This document shows, in pieces, positions 13,942 to 23,077 of a DNA stretch of 32,000 nucleotides. This DNA comes from Candidatus Nanosynbacter lyticus. Lineage in GTDB: Bacteria > Patescibacteriota > Saccharimonadia > Saccharimonadales > Saccharimonadaceae. Under the pieces are notes generated by a model. The model searched no databases and was not told the origin of the DNA. It saw only the letters and a program-made list of their open reading frames with translations. The stretch covers positions 240,001 through 272,000 of the forward strand of contig NZ_CP007496.1 in assembly GCF_000803625.1 (NCBI RefSeq). Reading direction: 5' to 3'. The stretch's first letter is position 1. Each line of letters opens with the position of its first letter. The position numbers and the translations under genes are program-made.

Positions 13942-15465
13942 CTAACCCTTGTACATGGCGTGATTTTTTATCCAGCCGCCGCCCTTTCGTATCAATTGAT
14001 TATTTAATTGGCCGTCTTCTAGCAATTTATCTTTAACTGTGGCGTAAATTGGTAGGGTAAATGAGAAAACTGAGCCTTCATTCTCACGGGAGCGAGCAGT
14101 AATCGAACCGCCATGCGATTCTACGAAAGCCTTGCAAATGTAAAGGCCAATACCCGTGCCGGCTACAGCTTCACGTGATCGATGTGAGCGGTAAAACTTG
14201 TGGAATAGATTATTTACAACGTTAGCGGGCATTCCAATTCCGTTGTCAGCTACGGATATTTCTACGAAGTCACCCTTTTTCTCTGCCGAGACGGTCACGG
14301 ATCCGCCCTCAAAACTATATTTAATAGCGTTATCAATTAGATTACCGATTACTTCCCCGATGCTGCCATGATCAGCAGCCACAGTCGGTAAATCTTCTGG
14401 AATATTGACACTAAGTAGGCGGTGCTGGGTCGAGGCACGTAGCTGCATATCGTCAGAGATTGAGGCGTAAATATTCGAAACGGTATCTTCCAGGAGGTAG
14501 ACCTTCAGATGATGTCTATCAAATCGTGCTACATTAAGGATATTGTCGACGTAGCTTGATAGGCGGTTAGCAGACACCGTTAACCTTTCAAGCAGCTGTT
14601 GCTCGTCACCCTGCAGTCGCCCAGCAAATTCTTCAGTGATAATATCCAGATAGCCTCGAATAACAGTAATCGGACCACGAAGCTCATGGGCGGCAAATGA
14701 TATGAAATTAAGGTCCTCTTCTTCTGGTAAATAATTGTCAGACTTATCGATGAGGAAAATAACAGTCTCTGCAACAGTGCCTTTTTCAAATGAGGCCACA
14801 ACATCAAAAATGCGTGAATTTTGGATGATATCGGGGTTAGTGCTGATACGGCGCCAACGTCGTTCTGCTTTAATTTTTTCGTTAGAAATCTCGTGGAGCC
14901 AGTCGGAAATTGTTGGTTCGTTGATGAAGTCTAGCGCCAAAAAATCTTCGCCATTGGAGTTTCGAGAAATCGGCGCGGCGGAATTAGCAAAGATAATTTT
15001 TTGATTTTTATCAAGTATGATGACGCCGGTGCTGGTTTGGTTGAGGCCTTGAACGAGCGGAGTTTTTAGATTATCTGTAGATGTGGGCTTTTTTTCTGGT
15101 TGGTAGTCGCCATAAATTGCCTGAAGGGCGGTCTTAAATCCAGTTTTTTCGTAACGTTTGTCATTGGGTCGGGGTGGAGTATCGGTGGTTAGCTCGCCAA
15201 TCTTATGAGACAAAGCGGCTAATATTTTATTAAGCGGAGCGGTGATAATTTTAACGATGGAAATTGAGGATATAATCTGTAAGATCGCTGTTATGAGGAC
15301 GATAATCCAGAAGTTTAGATGAGAAATAGATAATCCTGTGAGATGAAGAGTAGTGGCTAGTCCTAGTATCACGCAGGCATTTGCTGACAATAATACGAGT
15401 ATGACTTTTTGATAGTAATATTGTTTGTATTCTCTTAGGGTTTTGGATTTTGGGTCTATTGCCAT
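13942..15465 (-). CDS. Sensor histidine kinase
   Basis: Two N-terminal TM helices. H-box FAAHELRGPITVIRGY, N-box NLIDNAIKYS, G-boxes DNGIGMP and GTGIGLY. A GGGGAGG SD lies upstream. It overlaps the upstream gene by 10 nt. Confidence 0.85.
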   Translation of the reverse strand: MAIDPKSKTLREYKQYYYQKVILVLLSANACVILGLATTLHLTGLSISHLNFWIIVLITAILQIISSISIVKIITAPLNKILAALSHKIGELTTDTPPRPNDKRYEKTGFKTALQAIYGDYQPEKKPTSTDNLKTPLVQGLNQTSTGVIILDKNQKIIFANSAAPISRNSNGEDFLALDFINEPTISDWLHEISNEKIKAERRWRRISTNPDIIQNSRIFDVVASFEKGTVAETVIFLIDKSDNYLPEEEDLNFISFAAHELRGPITVIRGYLDIITEEFAGRLQGDEQQLLERLTVSANRLSSYVDNILNVARFDRHHLKVYLLEDTVSNIYASISDDMQLRASTQHRLLSVNIPEDLPTVAADHGSIGEVIGNLIDNAIKYSFEGGSVTVSAEKKGDFVEISVADNGIGMPANVVNNLFHKFYRSHRSREAVAGTGIGLYICKAFVESHGGSITARSRENEGSVFSFTLPIYATVKDKLLEDGQLNNQLIRKGGGWIKNHAMYKG

Positions 15466-16562
15466 GAAACGCCTCCCCTACCTGGAGTGAAGGCTGCGAT
15501 CCAAGTCTGACCGCGATTCAAGGCAATATTCTTCCCGGATTCGTCAGTCAATTTCAGGGGTGAATTGATGTCTGCCTTTGACCAAGTTGCAGTAGTGACC
15601 ATGCCGTTTTGGAAAATATAGGCTTTGCCGCTACCAGTGGTTTTGGCGTCCTCGTAGCCGTCGGAATTTTGAGCGCGAGCTTCGACGCCGACTTCTATGG
15701 CGACTACGACCTTTGGGGCAATTTGCCCGTCTTCACGATCAGTGTGTGGTGCGCCAGCCATACTCCTGACGTAAGAATTTGATTCTTTATGGTAAGTGTA
15801 TGAGGTGTTGTAGGAGTATCCGCTGAGGTTTATAGCTATTTTTGTGGCATTTGGTGTCTCGGCTGGTTTTCCGTCCGTGCGGGTGAAGCTAGTGAATTCG
15901 GATTTGATGTATCCCTTAGCGCTGTTTAATTGGTCTATTCTTTCTCCTGATGTGTAGATGTTATGCGGCGCGTAACGGTCGCGGACTCGCCAGTAATAGC
16001 CGCCATTAAAGAATTGATCGATGTCGCGGTAGCTACCATTTCTGACCTGAGCTAGTGCATTAGGGCTGCCGCCAACGTGGGCGACCGAGGCTTGATACGA
16101 TGCTGCCCAACTGAGGTAATATAGCCTCAGGCTTCTGACGGGCCCGATTAGCGCTGGCTTTTCTCCTTGATATAGGGCTATAAATCTAGTTATACCACCC
16201 TCTGCTACTGCCTCGTAAATCACACCAGCTTTTTTCAAGCCAGATTGTGGCCGAGCGGCCGGGCTGTTCTCTATCATCACTCCAGTAACGGGCTGCTTTG
16301 TGGCGTTTTCATCAGCTACTTCTATACCAGTTAGGGGTGAGTAAAACTTTTTTGGTGTAGCTTTTTTCTTTGGTATTTGTAAATCTGTACTGGCAGTCTG
16401 CTCATATTTTATGGAATAAATAGCAATTAGAAAAACTCCAGTAATAACTACCGCACTGGAAATTAGTGCAATTGCTAAAATGTGTTTTTTTGCCCACTCT
16501 TTTATCTGTTTCCGGCGGGATTCCTTTTTTCGTCCAGATTTATCTAATTTTTCTATATTCAT
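15456..16562 (-). CDS. DUF3048-domain membrane-anchored protein (YerB-like)
   Basis: An N-terminal TM anchor followed by PVTGVMIENSPAARPQSGLKKAGVIYEAVAEGGITRFIALY, which is typical of DUF3048. Confidence 0.65.
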   Translation of the reverse strand: MNIEKLDKSGRKKESRRKQIKEWAKKHILAIALISSAVVITGVFLIAIYSIKYEQTASTDLQIPKKKATPKKFYSPLTGIEVADENATKQPVTGVMIENSPAARPQSGLKKAGVIYEAVAEGGITRFIALYQGEKPALIGPVRSLRLYYLSWAASYQASVAHVGGSPNALAQVRNGSYRDIDQFFNGGYYWRVRDRYAPHNIYTSGERIDQLNSAKGYIKSEFTSFTRTDGKPAETPNATKIAINLSGYSYNTSYTYHKESNSYVRSMAGAPHTDREDGQIAPKVVVAIEVGVEARAQNSDGYEDAKTTGSGKAYIFQNGMVTTATWSKADINSPLKLTDESGKNIALNRGQTWIAAFTPGRGGVSWQ

Positions 16563-16572
16563 GCTTATGCTT

Positions 16573-16581
16573 AGTATAGCA
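16573..16581 (-). promoter_or_regulatory. Extended -10 TGcTATACT, 10 nt upstream of ATG 16562
   Basis: Minus strand reads aaaTGcTATACTaagcataagcATG. Confidence 0.4.
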
Positions 16582-16600
16582 TTTTCGGCGCATGAATAAA

Positions 16601-18043
16601 CTATTTTTGTAGATAATTATCAATTCTTTGCAGAGTTTTTTCCTGGCCAATTAGCGCCAGCGTGTCGTTTAGTTGTGGGCTAAACTGCGCCCAGGTAGTC
16701 ACGATTCGAACCAGACTAAAGAGAATACCGGGTTTTTGGCATGTCGTTTCCAGTAGTCCGTTTAGGCAATTTTGGATTGATTCTGGCGTCCAGTCGGTGA
16801 TTTTAGCGAGTTCTTGACGTGCTACTCTTAAAAGGTTCTGCCGTTCTTCTTCGGCTAATTTTCGGAGTTGCTTATTGTCGTTAATCAATTCTTCGTCAAT
16901 CTCGGGCTCGGTGAAGAAATAGTTGGTTAATTTTGGTAAATCTTGCAATGTTTTCAAACGGTCCTGCGCTAGAGCTAAAACTTGTTTTTTATACGATTCT
17001 TTAGCGTTGTTTGATTCTTCACCCCAGAAAGCTTCGCATCGATTATAAAGGTCGTCTAAGTCGAGTGAGCGAATCCATTGGCCGTTTAGCCAAATGAGCC
17101 GCTGCTCGTCAAACCGTGCGCCTGATTTTTGGACGCGGTCAAGTGAGAACTTTTCTATTAGTTCGGCTTTGCTGAAAATCTCTTGTTCAGTGCCGTCGTT
17201 CCAGCCGAGTTGCGCTAAGAAATTCAGCATCGCTTCTGGCAAAATTCCCTCTTTTTGGTACTCGGTGACACTTTTTGCGCCATCACGCTTGCCCAGCTTC
17301 TTATTGCCAGTTGGCGCCATGATGTGTGGCACGTGCGCCAGAATTGGCGGCTCGATTTTCAGGGCTTCATACAAAGATAAATATTTGGGCGTACTGGCAA
17401 TATATTCTGAGCCGCGAATGACATGGGTAATTTTCATCTCAAAATCGTCAATGATATGAGCAAAGTTATATGTCGGCAGCCCGTCCGCCTTAATCAGGAT
17501 AAAATCATCAAGCGCCTCTGGCCCAGCTGACAATTCACCCATGACGGCGTCTTGCCAAGAATATCGCTTAATCTCCGGAACCTTAAAACGGAGCGGCATA
17601 CCCAGCTGCCATTCTGGTGGATTTTCTGGCCGATGGTCGCGGTATAAGAAAGCTCGCTTCTCGGCCTTGGCTTGGTCGCGGAAGGCTTGAACTTGTTCTG
17701 GTGTGTACGGATCGGCGTAAGCTAAGCCTTCATCAATCATTTTCTTAGCCCACTTGAGGTAAATTTCCCGTCGGTCTGTTTGATGATATGGTCCGAAATT
17801 GCCAACCTCTTCTGTACTATCGAGATTTGGTCCTTCATCCCAATCTAGCCCCAGCCAATTTAGAGTTTTTAGAATCAACTCCTCCGCTCCGTCGACAAAT
17901 CTGGCTTGGTCGGTGTCTTCGATGCGTAGGATAAAATTACCCTGATGTTTCCGGGCGACAAGATAGGTGTATAGTGCAGTACGAACATTGCCGACGTGAA
18001 TATAGCCAGTCGGACTTGGCGCAAAACGAGTTCTAGTATTCAT
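16601..18043 (-). CDS. gltX: Glutamate--tRNA ligase
   Basis: 480 aa. RFAPSPTGYIHVGNVRTALY is the HIGH region and KLGKRDG is KMSKS-like. This is the typical GluRS layout. Confidence 0.92.
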   Translation of the reverse strand: MNTRTRFAPSPTGYIHVGNVRTALYTYLVARKHQGNFILRIEDTDQARFVDGAEELILKTLNWLGLDWDEGPNLDSTEEVGNFGPYHQTDRREIYLKWAKKMIDEGLAYADPYTPEQVQAFRDQAKAEKRAFLYRDHRPENPPEWQLGMPLRFKVPEIKRYSWQDAVMGELSAGPEALDDFILIKADGLPTYNFAHIIDDFEMKITHVIRGSEYIASTPKYLSLYEALKIEPPILAHVPHIMAPTGNKKLGKRDGAKSVTEYQKEGILPEAMLNFLAQLGWNDGTEQEIFSKAELIEKFSLDRVQKSGARFDEQRLIWLNGQWIRSLDLDDLYNRCEAFWGEESNNAKESYKKQVLALAQDRLKTLQDLPKLTNYFFTEPEIDEELINDNKQLRKLAEEERQNLLRVARQELAKITDWTPESIQNCLNGLLETTCQKPGILFSLVRIVTTWAQFSPQLNDTLALIGQEKTLQRIDNYLQK

Positions 18044-18049
18044 GAATAA

Positions 18050-18058
18050 ATTATATCA
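18050..18058 (-). promoter_or_regulatory. Extended -10 TGaTATAAT, 6 nt upstream of the gltX ATG
   Basis: Minus strand reads cgTGaTATAATttattcATG. No SD. Confidence 0.5.
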
Positions 18059-18072
18059 CGTTAACTAATATG

Positions 18073-19089
18073 CTACAGACTGGTTGCAATTTTCTGGATT
18101 TGATCGTTAGAGAGATTAGCATCGCCGCTAATCTGGTATAAAATTCCGCCGTTCACCCAAGCGGCTTCTTTACCGCCGCTGTAAATTGTTAGCCCATCAA
18201 TCATCGTAGTATTTGGTGATTTATATTTTTCGGAGAAGAATTCCTTGACGGCTGATGAGTTCCAGCTGCTTTTTTGTTGGGTTATAGTGTAAGCTGAGCT
18301 GCCGTCAGCATAGGCATAGCGCATGCTGACTTCGCCTGATTTGAATTTAATTGGACCGTTTAGTGCATAGCCGTCTGGTTTGTAACCTGGATATTTGGCG
18401 TCAATTCCTGACTGAATTGCCGCCATCCTTATGGAAATGTTTGGCATACTTAGATATGTCAAATAGCCGCCAAGTAGCATTACCGCAAGACCAACAGAAA
18501 AGGTATTCAACCAGCGTAGTGCGCTGCCTTTTTTCTGGCGTCGTCGAGCTTTTTTATTGCTAGTAATTTCATTTGATAAGGCTTTTTCGATAGCCTCATT
18601 TTTTAATTCTTTAGCGGTTTTTATGGCTGGCTTTTCGACTTTTTTCGGGGCAACTAGTGGATTATTATTGGTATCTAGCGGTCGACGCTCTTTTCGTAGT
18701 TTGCCATTAACGCTAAGATTTCTGTTTTGGGCACGACGAATGACAGGATGAGCTTCAGCTGGGCGATTAACGACAATTCTCTCTGGGGTTGGCTTGCTGA
18801 CTGTTGGCGTAGCAAATTTCTTTACGGCAACATGTTGCTGTACAGAAGCACGGGTCTTCTGGGGTTTGGCAGCTAGTGCTGTACGTTGCGGCATCTTAAC
18901 ATGTCGACGATTTAAAGTACTCGATTTTTGAATGTGATTAGCATGGATGTTTGATACTGCGGTACCGCGGTTGTTGATTGGCTGCACTTTTTTTACTTCA
19001 GTTTTCTTTACATCAATGTCATCCATCACCATGCCAGTTATGGTGTTGTAGGCTCGCCCATTGATGACTACATAATTTTTACTCGTCAT
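18073..19089 (-). CDS. Membrane-anchored hypothetical protein (basic N-terminal half, one TM, DUF4367-like C-terminal domain)
   Basis: 338 aa with a TM helix at FSVGLAVMLLGGYLTYL. The C-terminal ...AAWVNGGILYQISGDANLSNDQIQKIATSL resembles anti-sigma/DUF4367-type ectodomains. An AGGGGGA SD lies upstream. Confidence 0.4.
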   Translation of the reverse strand: MTSKNYVVINGRAYNTITGMVMDDIDVKKTEVKKVQPINNRGTAVSNIHANHIQKSSTLNRRHVKMPQRTALAAKPQKTRASVQQHVAVKKFATPTVSKPTPERIVVNRPAEAHPVIRRAQNRNLSVNGKLRKERRPLDTNNNPLVAPKKVEKPAIKTAKELKNEAIEKALSNEITSNKKARRRQKKGSALRWLNTFSVGLAVMLLGGYLTYLSMPNISIRMAAIQSGIDAKYPGYKPDGYALNGPIKFKSGEVSMRYAYADGSSAYTITQQKSSWNSSAVKEFFSEKYKSPNTTMIDGLTIYSGGKEAAWVNGGILYQISGDANLSNDQIQKIATSL

Positions 19090-19158
19090 TAATCCCCCTA
19101 ATGTTTATTCCTGTATATATAGTACAAATCGCCTACGGTTTTTTCAAGTATGCAAATA

Positions 19159-19167
19159 TGTTATAAT
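19159..19167 (+). promoter_or_regulatory. Extended -10 TGtTATAAT, 10 nt upstream of ATG 19178
   Basis: Sequence is ataTGtTATAATttccgtaattATG. Confidence 0.4.
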
Positions 19168-19177
19168 TTCCGTAATT

Positions 19178-20674
19178 ATGTATCGACAAAGAAATCGTAC
19201 TAAGGAACTCGCAAGGCGAGCCTTTGTGTACACGTTAATGACATTATCGCTTATTACTCTTCTGGTATTTTTAACTTTTAGAATGCTTGGCTATACATTT
19301 AATCCTAATACAAAAGAATTACAGCAAACGGGACTAGTCCAATACGAGTCTCATCCAAGCGGAGCGTTGGTCTATGTTGATGATATGGAGTTACGTAGGA
19401 CCTCAACAAAGAGTACTGTGCTTCCAGGAAAGCATACATTTGCAATGAAGTTAAATGAATACGAGCCATGGCAGAAGACGCTGGATATTAAATCTGATAC
19501 CGTAACCAATCTGAATTATGCCAGGCTTATTCCGATAAAACGCGAGACTACAGAGGTAAAAACGTTTGATTCGGTGCAGACCATCTCATTATCGCCGAAC
19601 GGTGGTTTTTTGATGGGCTTTGGCACAAAGGATAAAACTCCATTCATGACTGTCGGTGATATCCGCGACACCAATAAGGGCAAAGAGAAATTTACGGAAT
19701 ATAATCTCAGTATAAGTATCTTGGCTGGCTATTCCCTGTCTGCTGATGGTCACGTATTTTCGGTGGCGGAATGGGACCGCGACTCGCGATACGTTTTAGT
19801 CAAGCACTCATATCCAGCAGAAAATAATGCCACGGGCGTGCAGTGGCTGGTTTTTGACAGAGAAAATCCGGAGAAGATTATCGACGTAACGACTATGACG
19901 GGCTTAAGCGTGAAGCAAATTAGTTTCGCAGGAACTGGCGCTCACTCGGTATATATTTTGCAGGAGAGCGGTGAGCTTCGTCGAGTTGATCTGGATAGCT
20001 CGACGATTTCTAGTCCAATTTTAACTGGCGTAGAATCATTTAAGCTATATGGCGACGACCGGCTATCTTACGTGTCGATTATTGACGGCAAAAAAGTCGC
20101 GGGTATTTGGAAGCGGGATTGGAAAGAGCCGTTCGTTATCGGTAAATTCACCACAGATAAGACGCCAATTATTCGGACCTCTCGCTATTTTAATAAAGAC
20201 ACTGTAGTTTTAGCGGTTGGTCAGGATATGACAATTTATAGAGGAAATATATCAGATTCTAAGGACCGACAGAAAGAATTTTTACAGACTGCAAAAAACA
20301 TTAAGACTGAAAACGCAACGACAAGTATGACCCTGGATAATGCCGGGCGGTTTATAGTGGCACAAAAAGGTGCAGCGTTACAATCATACGATTTAGAGCG
20401 CAAAGAGTTGTCTCGGGTGTTTAATATTGGTGTTGCGCAAGAGGTGAAATGGCTTGATAATTTCTATATCCGTAGTGTATCGGCTAATGGAAAGATGGAG
20501 GTTCGTGAATTTGACGGCACTAACGCACATACTTTGCTGGACGTAAAAAGCGGCATGGATTCGGTTTTATCAGCTAACCAGCGTTATGTCTATGGAGTTA
20601 CAGTTAACGCGTCTGGAAAATTTGTCCTGAATAAAATGAACATGGACAATGGCTCAATAGGATTATTTAACTAA
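19178..20674 (+). CDS. PEGA-domain membrane-anchored protein
   Basis: An N-terminal TM helix, then SHPSGALVYVDDMELRRTSTKSTVLPGKHTFAMKLNEYEPWQKTLDI (PEGA-like). The long C-terminal region looks beta-rich. Confidence 0.55.
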   Translation: MYRQRNRTKELARRAFVYTLMTLSLITLLVFLTFRMLGYTFNPNTKELQQTGLVQYESHPSGALVYVDDMELRRTSTKSTVLPGKHTFAMKLNEYEPWQKTLDIKSDTVTNLNYARLIPIKRETTEVKTFDSVQTISLSPNGGFLMGFGTKDKTPFMTVGDIRDTNKGKEKFTEYNLSISILAGYSLSADGHVFSVAEWDRDSRYVLVKHSYPAENNATGVQWLVFDRENPEKIIDVTTMTGLSVKQISFAGTGAHSVYILQESGELRRVDLDSSTISSPILTGVESFKLYGDDRLSYVSIIDGKKVAGIWKRDWKEPFVIGKFTTDKTPIIRTSRYFNKDTVVLAVGQDMTIYRGNISDSKDRQKEFLQTAKNIKTENATTSMTLDNAGRFIVAQKGAALQSYDLERKELSRVFNIGVAQEVKWLDNFYIRSVSANGKMEVREFDGTNAHTLLDVKSGMDSVLSANQRYVYGVTVNASGKFVLNKMNMDNGSIGLFN

Positions 20675-20682
20675 CAATTAGT

Positions 20683-22056
20683 TTACCTACCGAATAATCT
20701 CTCTATAAGTGTTGGCTCGGGTTTTCCTGGGATGGCAGATTTGTTATTCTGCGGCTGACTTGTGCTAGGTTCAGTTGTTGCGGTGGCTTTATTTGGGTCG
20801 GGGCTGATCTGTTCAGCGAAAATCAATAAGCGCTTCTCTGCCGTACCTAAAGGAACACAGCTAACTAGTGTCAACATTGGCTTATCTGTAGTTAGCTGAA
20901 CCTTTGAGACTTCGTTTGGCATGACGACCTCGGTGGAGGTGATTTTATAAGTGTAGCGCTTACTGTTGTAATTCATATAGATGATGTCGCCCTTGACTAG
21001 TTTTTCATTCTGGGCAAACACAAACTTATAGTCGCCTGCAGCAAAGGCATCATTACTGGAGTGTGCAGCAAAAACCGCGTTGCCTACCTGGCCTGGCACG
21101 GCGCTGGCTCCAGGAATTGAGAAGTGGGCGACTCCTCGCCTCATGGCTTCTGACTGAGATTTTGTGTCGCTAGCAGCCCCATAAACCACTGGAGCATCAA
21201 CATTGATTTTAGGAATAATAATCCGAGATTCAGAGCTAACCGTAACATCTGTGGACGCGTCAACAATAATATTCTGAGGATCAATTGCGCCAGGGGTGGT
21301 GTAGGCGGCTACTGCCCCAAAAATGATGCGATTATATTGTAAAAACATGAAGATTAGTAGTACTGACAGGCCAGCAATCGCCGGGATAAAATGGCGAGAT
21401 TTTTTGACCTTCTTGGCGGAATCTCGAACTTTTTGTTGAATTTGACTACGAAGCTCTTTTATGGCGACCTTTTGTGGGTCTAGGGGCTCGTCGGCGTCTG
21501 AATTTGCATGCCTATTCTCCCTATTTAGCCTAGATATCTCACGGTTTTTTGCATTAATATTTTCAGCATAATAACGCTCGTAGTACATTTGGTAGTATTT
21601 TTGCCAAGCACTATGATACTGCTTCCATTGGTCGGCTGAAACTTGGGTGTGGATAGTCGAAGTTTTATTCTGGACTGGGCTTATTACGGTGTCTGATTTT
21701 TTTTCTGGCTGGTCTGTTGGTGTCTCCTGGGTGATTGGTGCTGTTCGCATAGCGTGGCCGGAGCTAGCTTTTTGGTCGGAATTTGATTGAACTTGAGGCG
21801 TCTGCTGCGAGCTAATATATTGAGGTCGAGTTTCATTGGTTGGATTGCCATTCGGTTTAGTTTGAGGTTGTGGCTGCTGGGGAGTGGCTTGATAATCTTC
21901 TGATCGAGCATAGATAGCGTCAAGCTGTCCACGAATAACATCAGCAGCGGCGCTCTGCGAAGCTGCTGGATCACGAGCTGGCGGCGCAAGAGGTCGGCGC
22001 TGATCTGATTGCGGCATGCCCACTCGACCGTTTGATTGATCATCCGTCGGATACAT
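20683..22056 (-). CDS. Sortase-family transpeptidase with a long disordered P/Q-rich N-terminus
   Basis: A TM helix (IPAIAGLSVLLIFMFL) is followed by the catalytic-domain motifs VFAAHSS (His), TLVSCVP (TLxTC Cys) and KRLLIFAE (Arg). Confidence 0.7.
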   Translation of the reverse strand: MYPTDDQSNGRVGMPQSDQRRPLAPPARDPAASQSAAADVIRGQLDAIYARSEDYQATPQQPQPQTKPNGNPTNETRPQYISSQQTPQVQSNSDQKASSGHAMRTAPITQETPTDQPEKKSDTVISPVQNKTSTIHTQVSADQWKQYHSAWQKYYQMYYERYYAENINAKNREISRLNRENRHANSDADEPLDPQKVAIKELRSQIQQKVRDSAKKVKKSRHFIPAIAGLSVLLIFMFLQYNRIIFGAVAAYTTPGAIDPQNIIVDASTDVTVSSESRIIIPKINVDAPVVYGAASDTKSQSEAMRRGVAHFSIPGASAVPGQVGNAVFAAHSSNDAFAAGDYKFVFAQNEKLVKGDIIYMNYNSKRYTYKITSTEVVMPNEVSKVQLTTDKPMLTLVSCVPLGTAEKRLLIFAEQISPDPNKATATTEPSTSQPQNNKSAIPGKPEPTLIERLFGR

Positions 22057-22122
22057 AACTTACCTTATTATACGGTAAATCAGCGGTAAATAAAAGTCGT
22101 GCTTGTGAGCGGGGGTCTATTA

Positions 22123-22131
22123 TGTTACAAT
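22123..22131 (+). promoter_or_regulatory. Extended -10 TGtTACAAT upstream of tRNA-Leu
   Basis: Sequence is ttaTGtTACAATcgtacgg, 28 nt before the tRNA 5' end. Confidence 0.4.
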
Positions 22132-22159
22132 CGTACGGTAGTTTGAAGCGTTCTCTTGT

Positions 22160-22246
22160 GCCGCGGTGGCGGAATTGGTAGACGCGCTAGACTCAAAATC
22201 TGGTGAGCAATAGCTCGTGCCGGTTCAAGTCCGGCCCGCGGTACCA
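22160..22246 (+). tRNA. tRNA-Leu (anticodon CAA), long variable arm, CCA encoded
   Basis: Acceptor stem GCCGCGG/CCGCGGT, anticodon stem CTAGA/TCTGG with loop CTCAAAA, variable arm TGAGCAATAGCTCGT, T-arm GCCGG-TTCAAGT-CCGGC, 3' end ACCA. Confidence 0.9.
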
Positions 22247-22266
22247 GAGATGGCTTCAGGCTTAAT

Positions 22267-22290
22267 CGTCCAACTTTTGGGCGATTTTTT
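22267..22290 (+). terminator. Intrinsic terminator after tRNA-Leu
   Basis: CGTCCAA-ctt-TTGGGCG (7 bp including one G-U) followed by ATTTTTT. Confidence 0.5.
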
Positions 22291-23077
22291 ATGAAGAAAT
22301 AGCAGTACTAATGGCTGCTAGCGGCGCTTTCGGCGACCAAATCAAGTAGCTAGCGGCGCGAGCGCCGACGGTTCCTCGCCAAATTGCCATTGGTGCGTCC
22401 CATTTTTGGGTGACGACTTCTCCGCTGTGAGCGATTATTAAATTGTCGGCATGAAAAACGCAAATTGTTACGGGATATGTAATGGTAAATTTGTGAAGTG
22501 TCTCAACAAGTTGCGCCAGCTGAATGCTAAAAGTAATCATCTTTGGGTAATAAATGGCGCGGAATATTTTCTGAACTTGCGCCAGACTTGCCACAAAAAC
22601 CACGCGCGGATTATCTAAGATCTCCTGGAGGCCGTTCTGGACCAGGTCAATCGCATCTCTTGTTAATACTACTGGGATTTCTGACTTTTTTATCAATTCT
22701 TCATAGACAATTGACGTTTGGCTGTTGCGTCCAGCATCGCCGCAGAGTAGTAACACGTCCGCCCATTTTTCTAAGGCTAGAGCTTCACTTAGGGCTTCGT
22801 TGGATAGGCTGCCTGATTGGTTGGTTGGTGCAAATAATACGTCGGTCATTACAGCGGGAACGCTTTTTTTCAATATGTCAGGCAGTAATACGCGAGCTTC
22901 ACCGACGCCGGCTTTAAGAGCTTCTTGATAACTTTCCGCGACCGCTAAAAATCCCAATTTATTGCCGCCAATAATCCCCAGCTTCCCTGCTTGATCGCGC
23001 CGCTCTGGCTTATTCCATTCAACATCAGGAAAAAGCGGTTTGCCTTGTTCTTGTCTGTGCCAAAATTTCATGTCCAT
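22289..23077 (-). CDS. YjeF C-terminal-like (carbohydrate-kinase/NAD(P)HX-dehydratase family) protein, divergent
   Basis: GKLGIIGGNKLGFLAVAESYQEALKAGVGEARVLLPD and LLCGDAGRNSQT resemble YjeF_C. The C-terminal nucleotide-binding GxGD motif is not evident. A GAGGTGGA SD lies upstream. Confidence 0.4.
   Translation of the reverse strand: MDMKFWHRQEQGKPLFPDVEWNKPERRDQAGKLGIIGGNKLGFLAVAESYQEALKAGVGEARVLLPDILKKSVPAVMTDVLFAPTNQSGSLSNEALSEALALEKWADVLLLCGDAGRNSQTSIVYEELIKKSEIPVVLTRDAIDLVQNGLQEILDNPRVVFVASLAQVQKIFRAIYYPKMITFSIQLAQLVETLHKFTITYPVTICVFHADNLIIAHSGEVVTQKWDAPMAIWRGTVGARAASYLIWSPKAPLAAISTAISS

Noticed and set aside
16309-16315. CUGAUGA on the minus strand
   Set aside because: The downstream sequence AAACGCCACAAAGC gives no stem II hairpin or GAA junction. 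It lies within the DUF3048 coding sequence.
18252-18258. CUGAUGAG on the plus strand
   Set aside because: No GAAA or stem III follows. The heptamer appears to be a chance occurrence inside a coding region.
21632-21642. 11-mer tcggctgaaac shared with the core of the der/ABC-F repeat
   Set aside because: The flanks show no further similarity on either side. It lies in the sortase coding sequence and is most likely a chance match or at best an unrecognisable relic.
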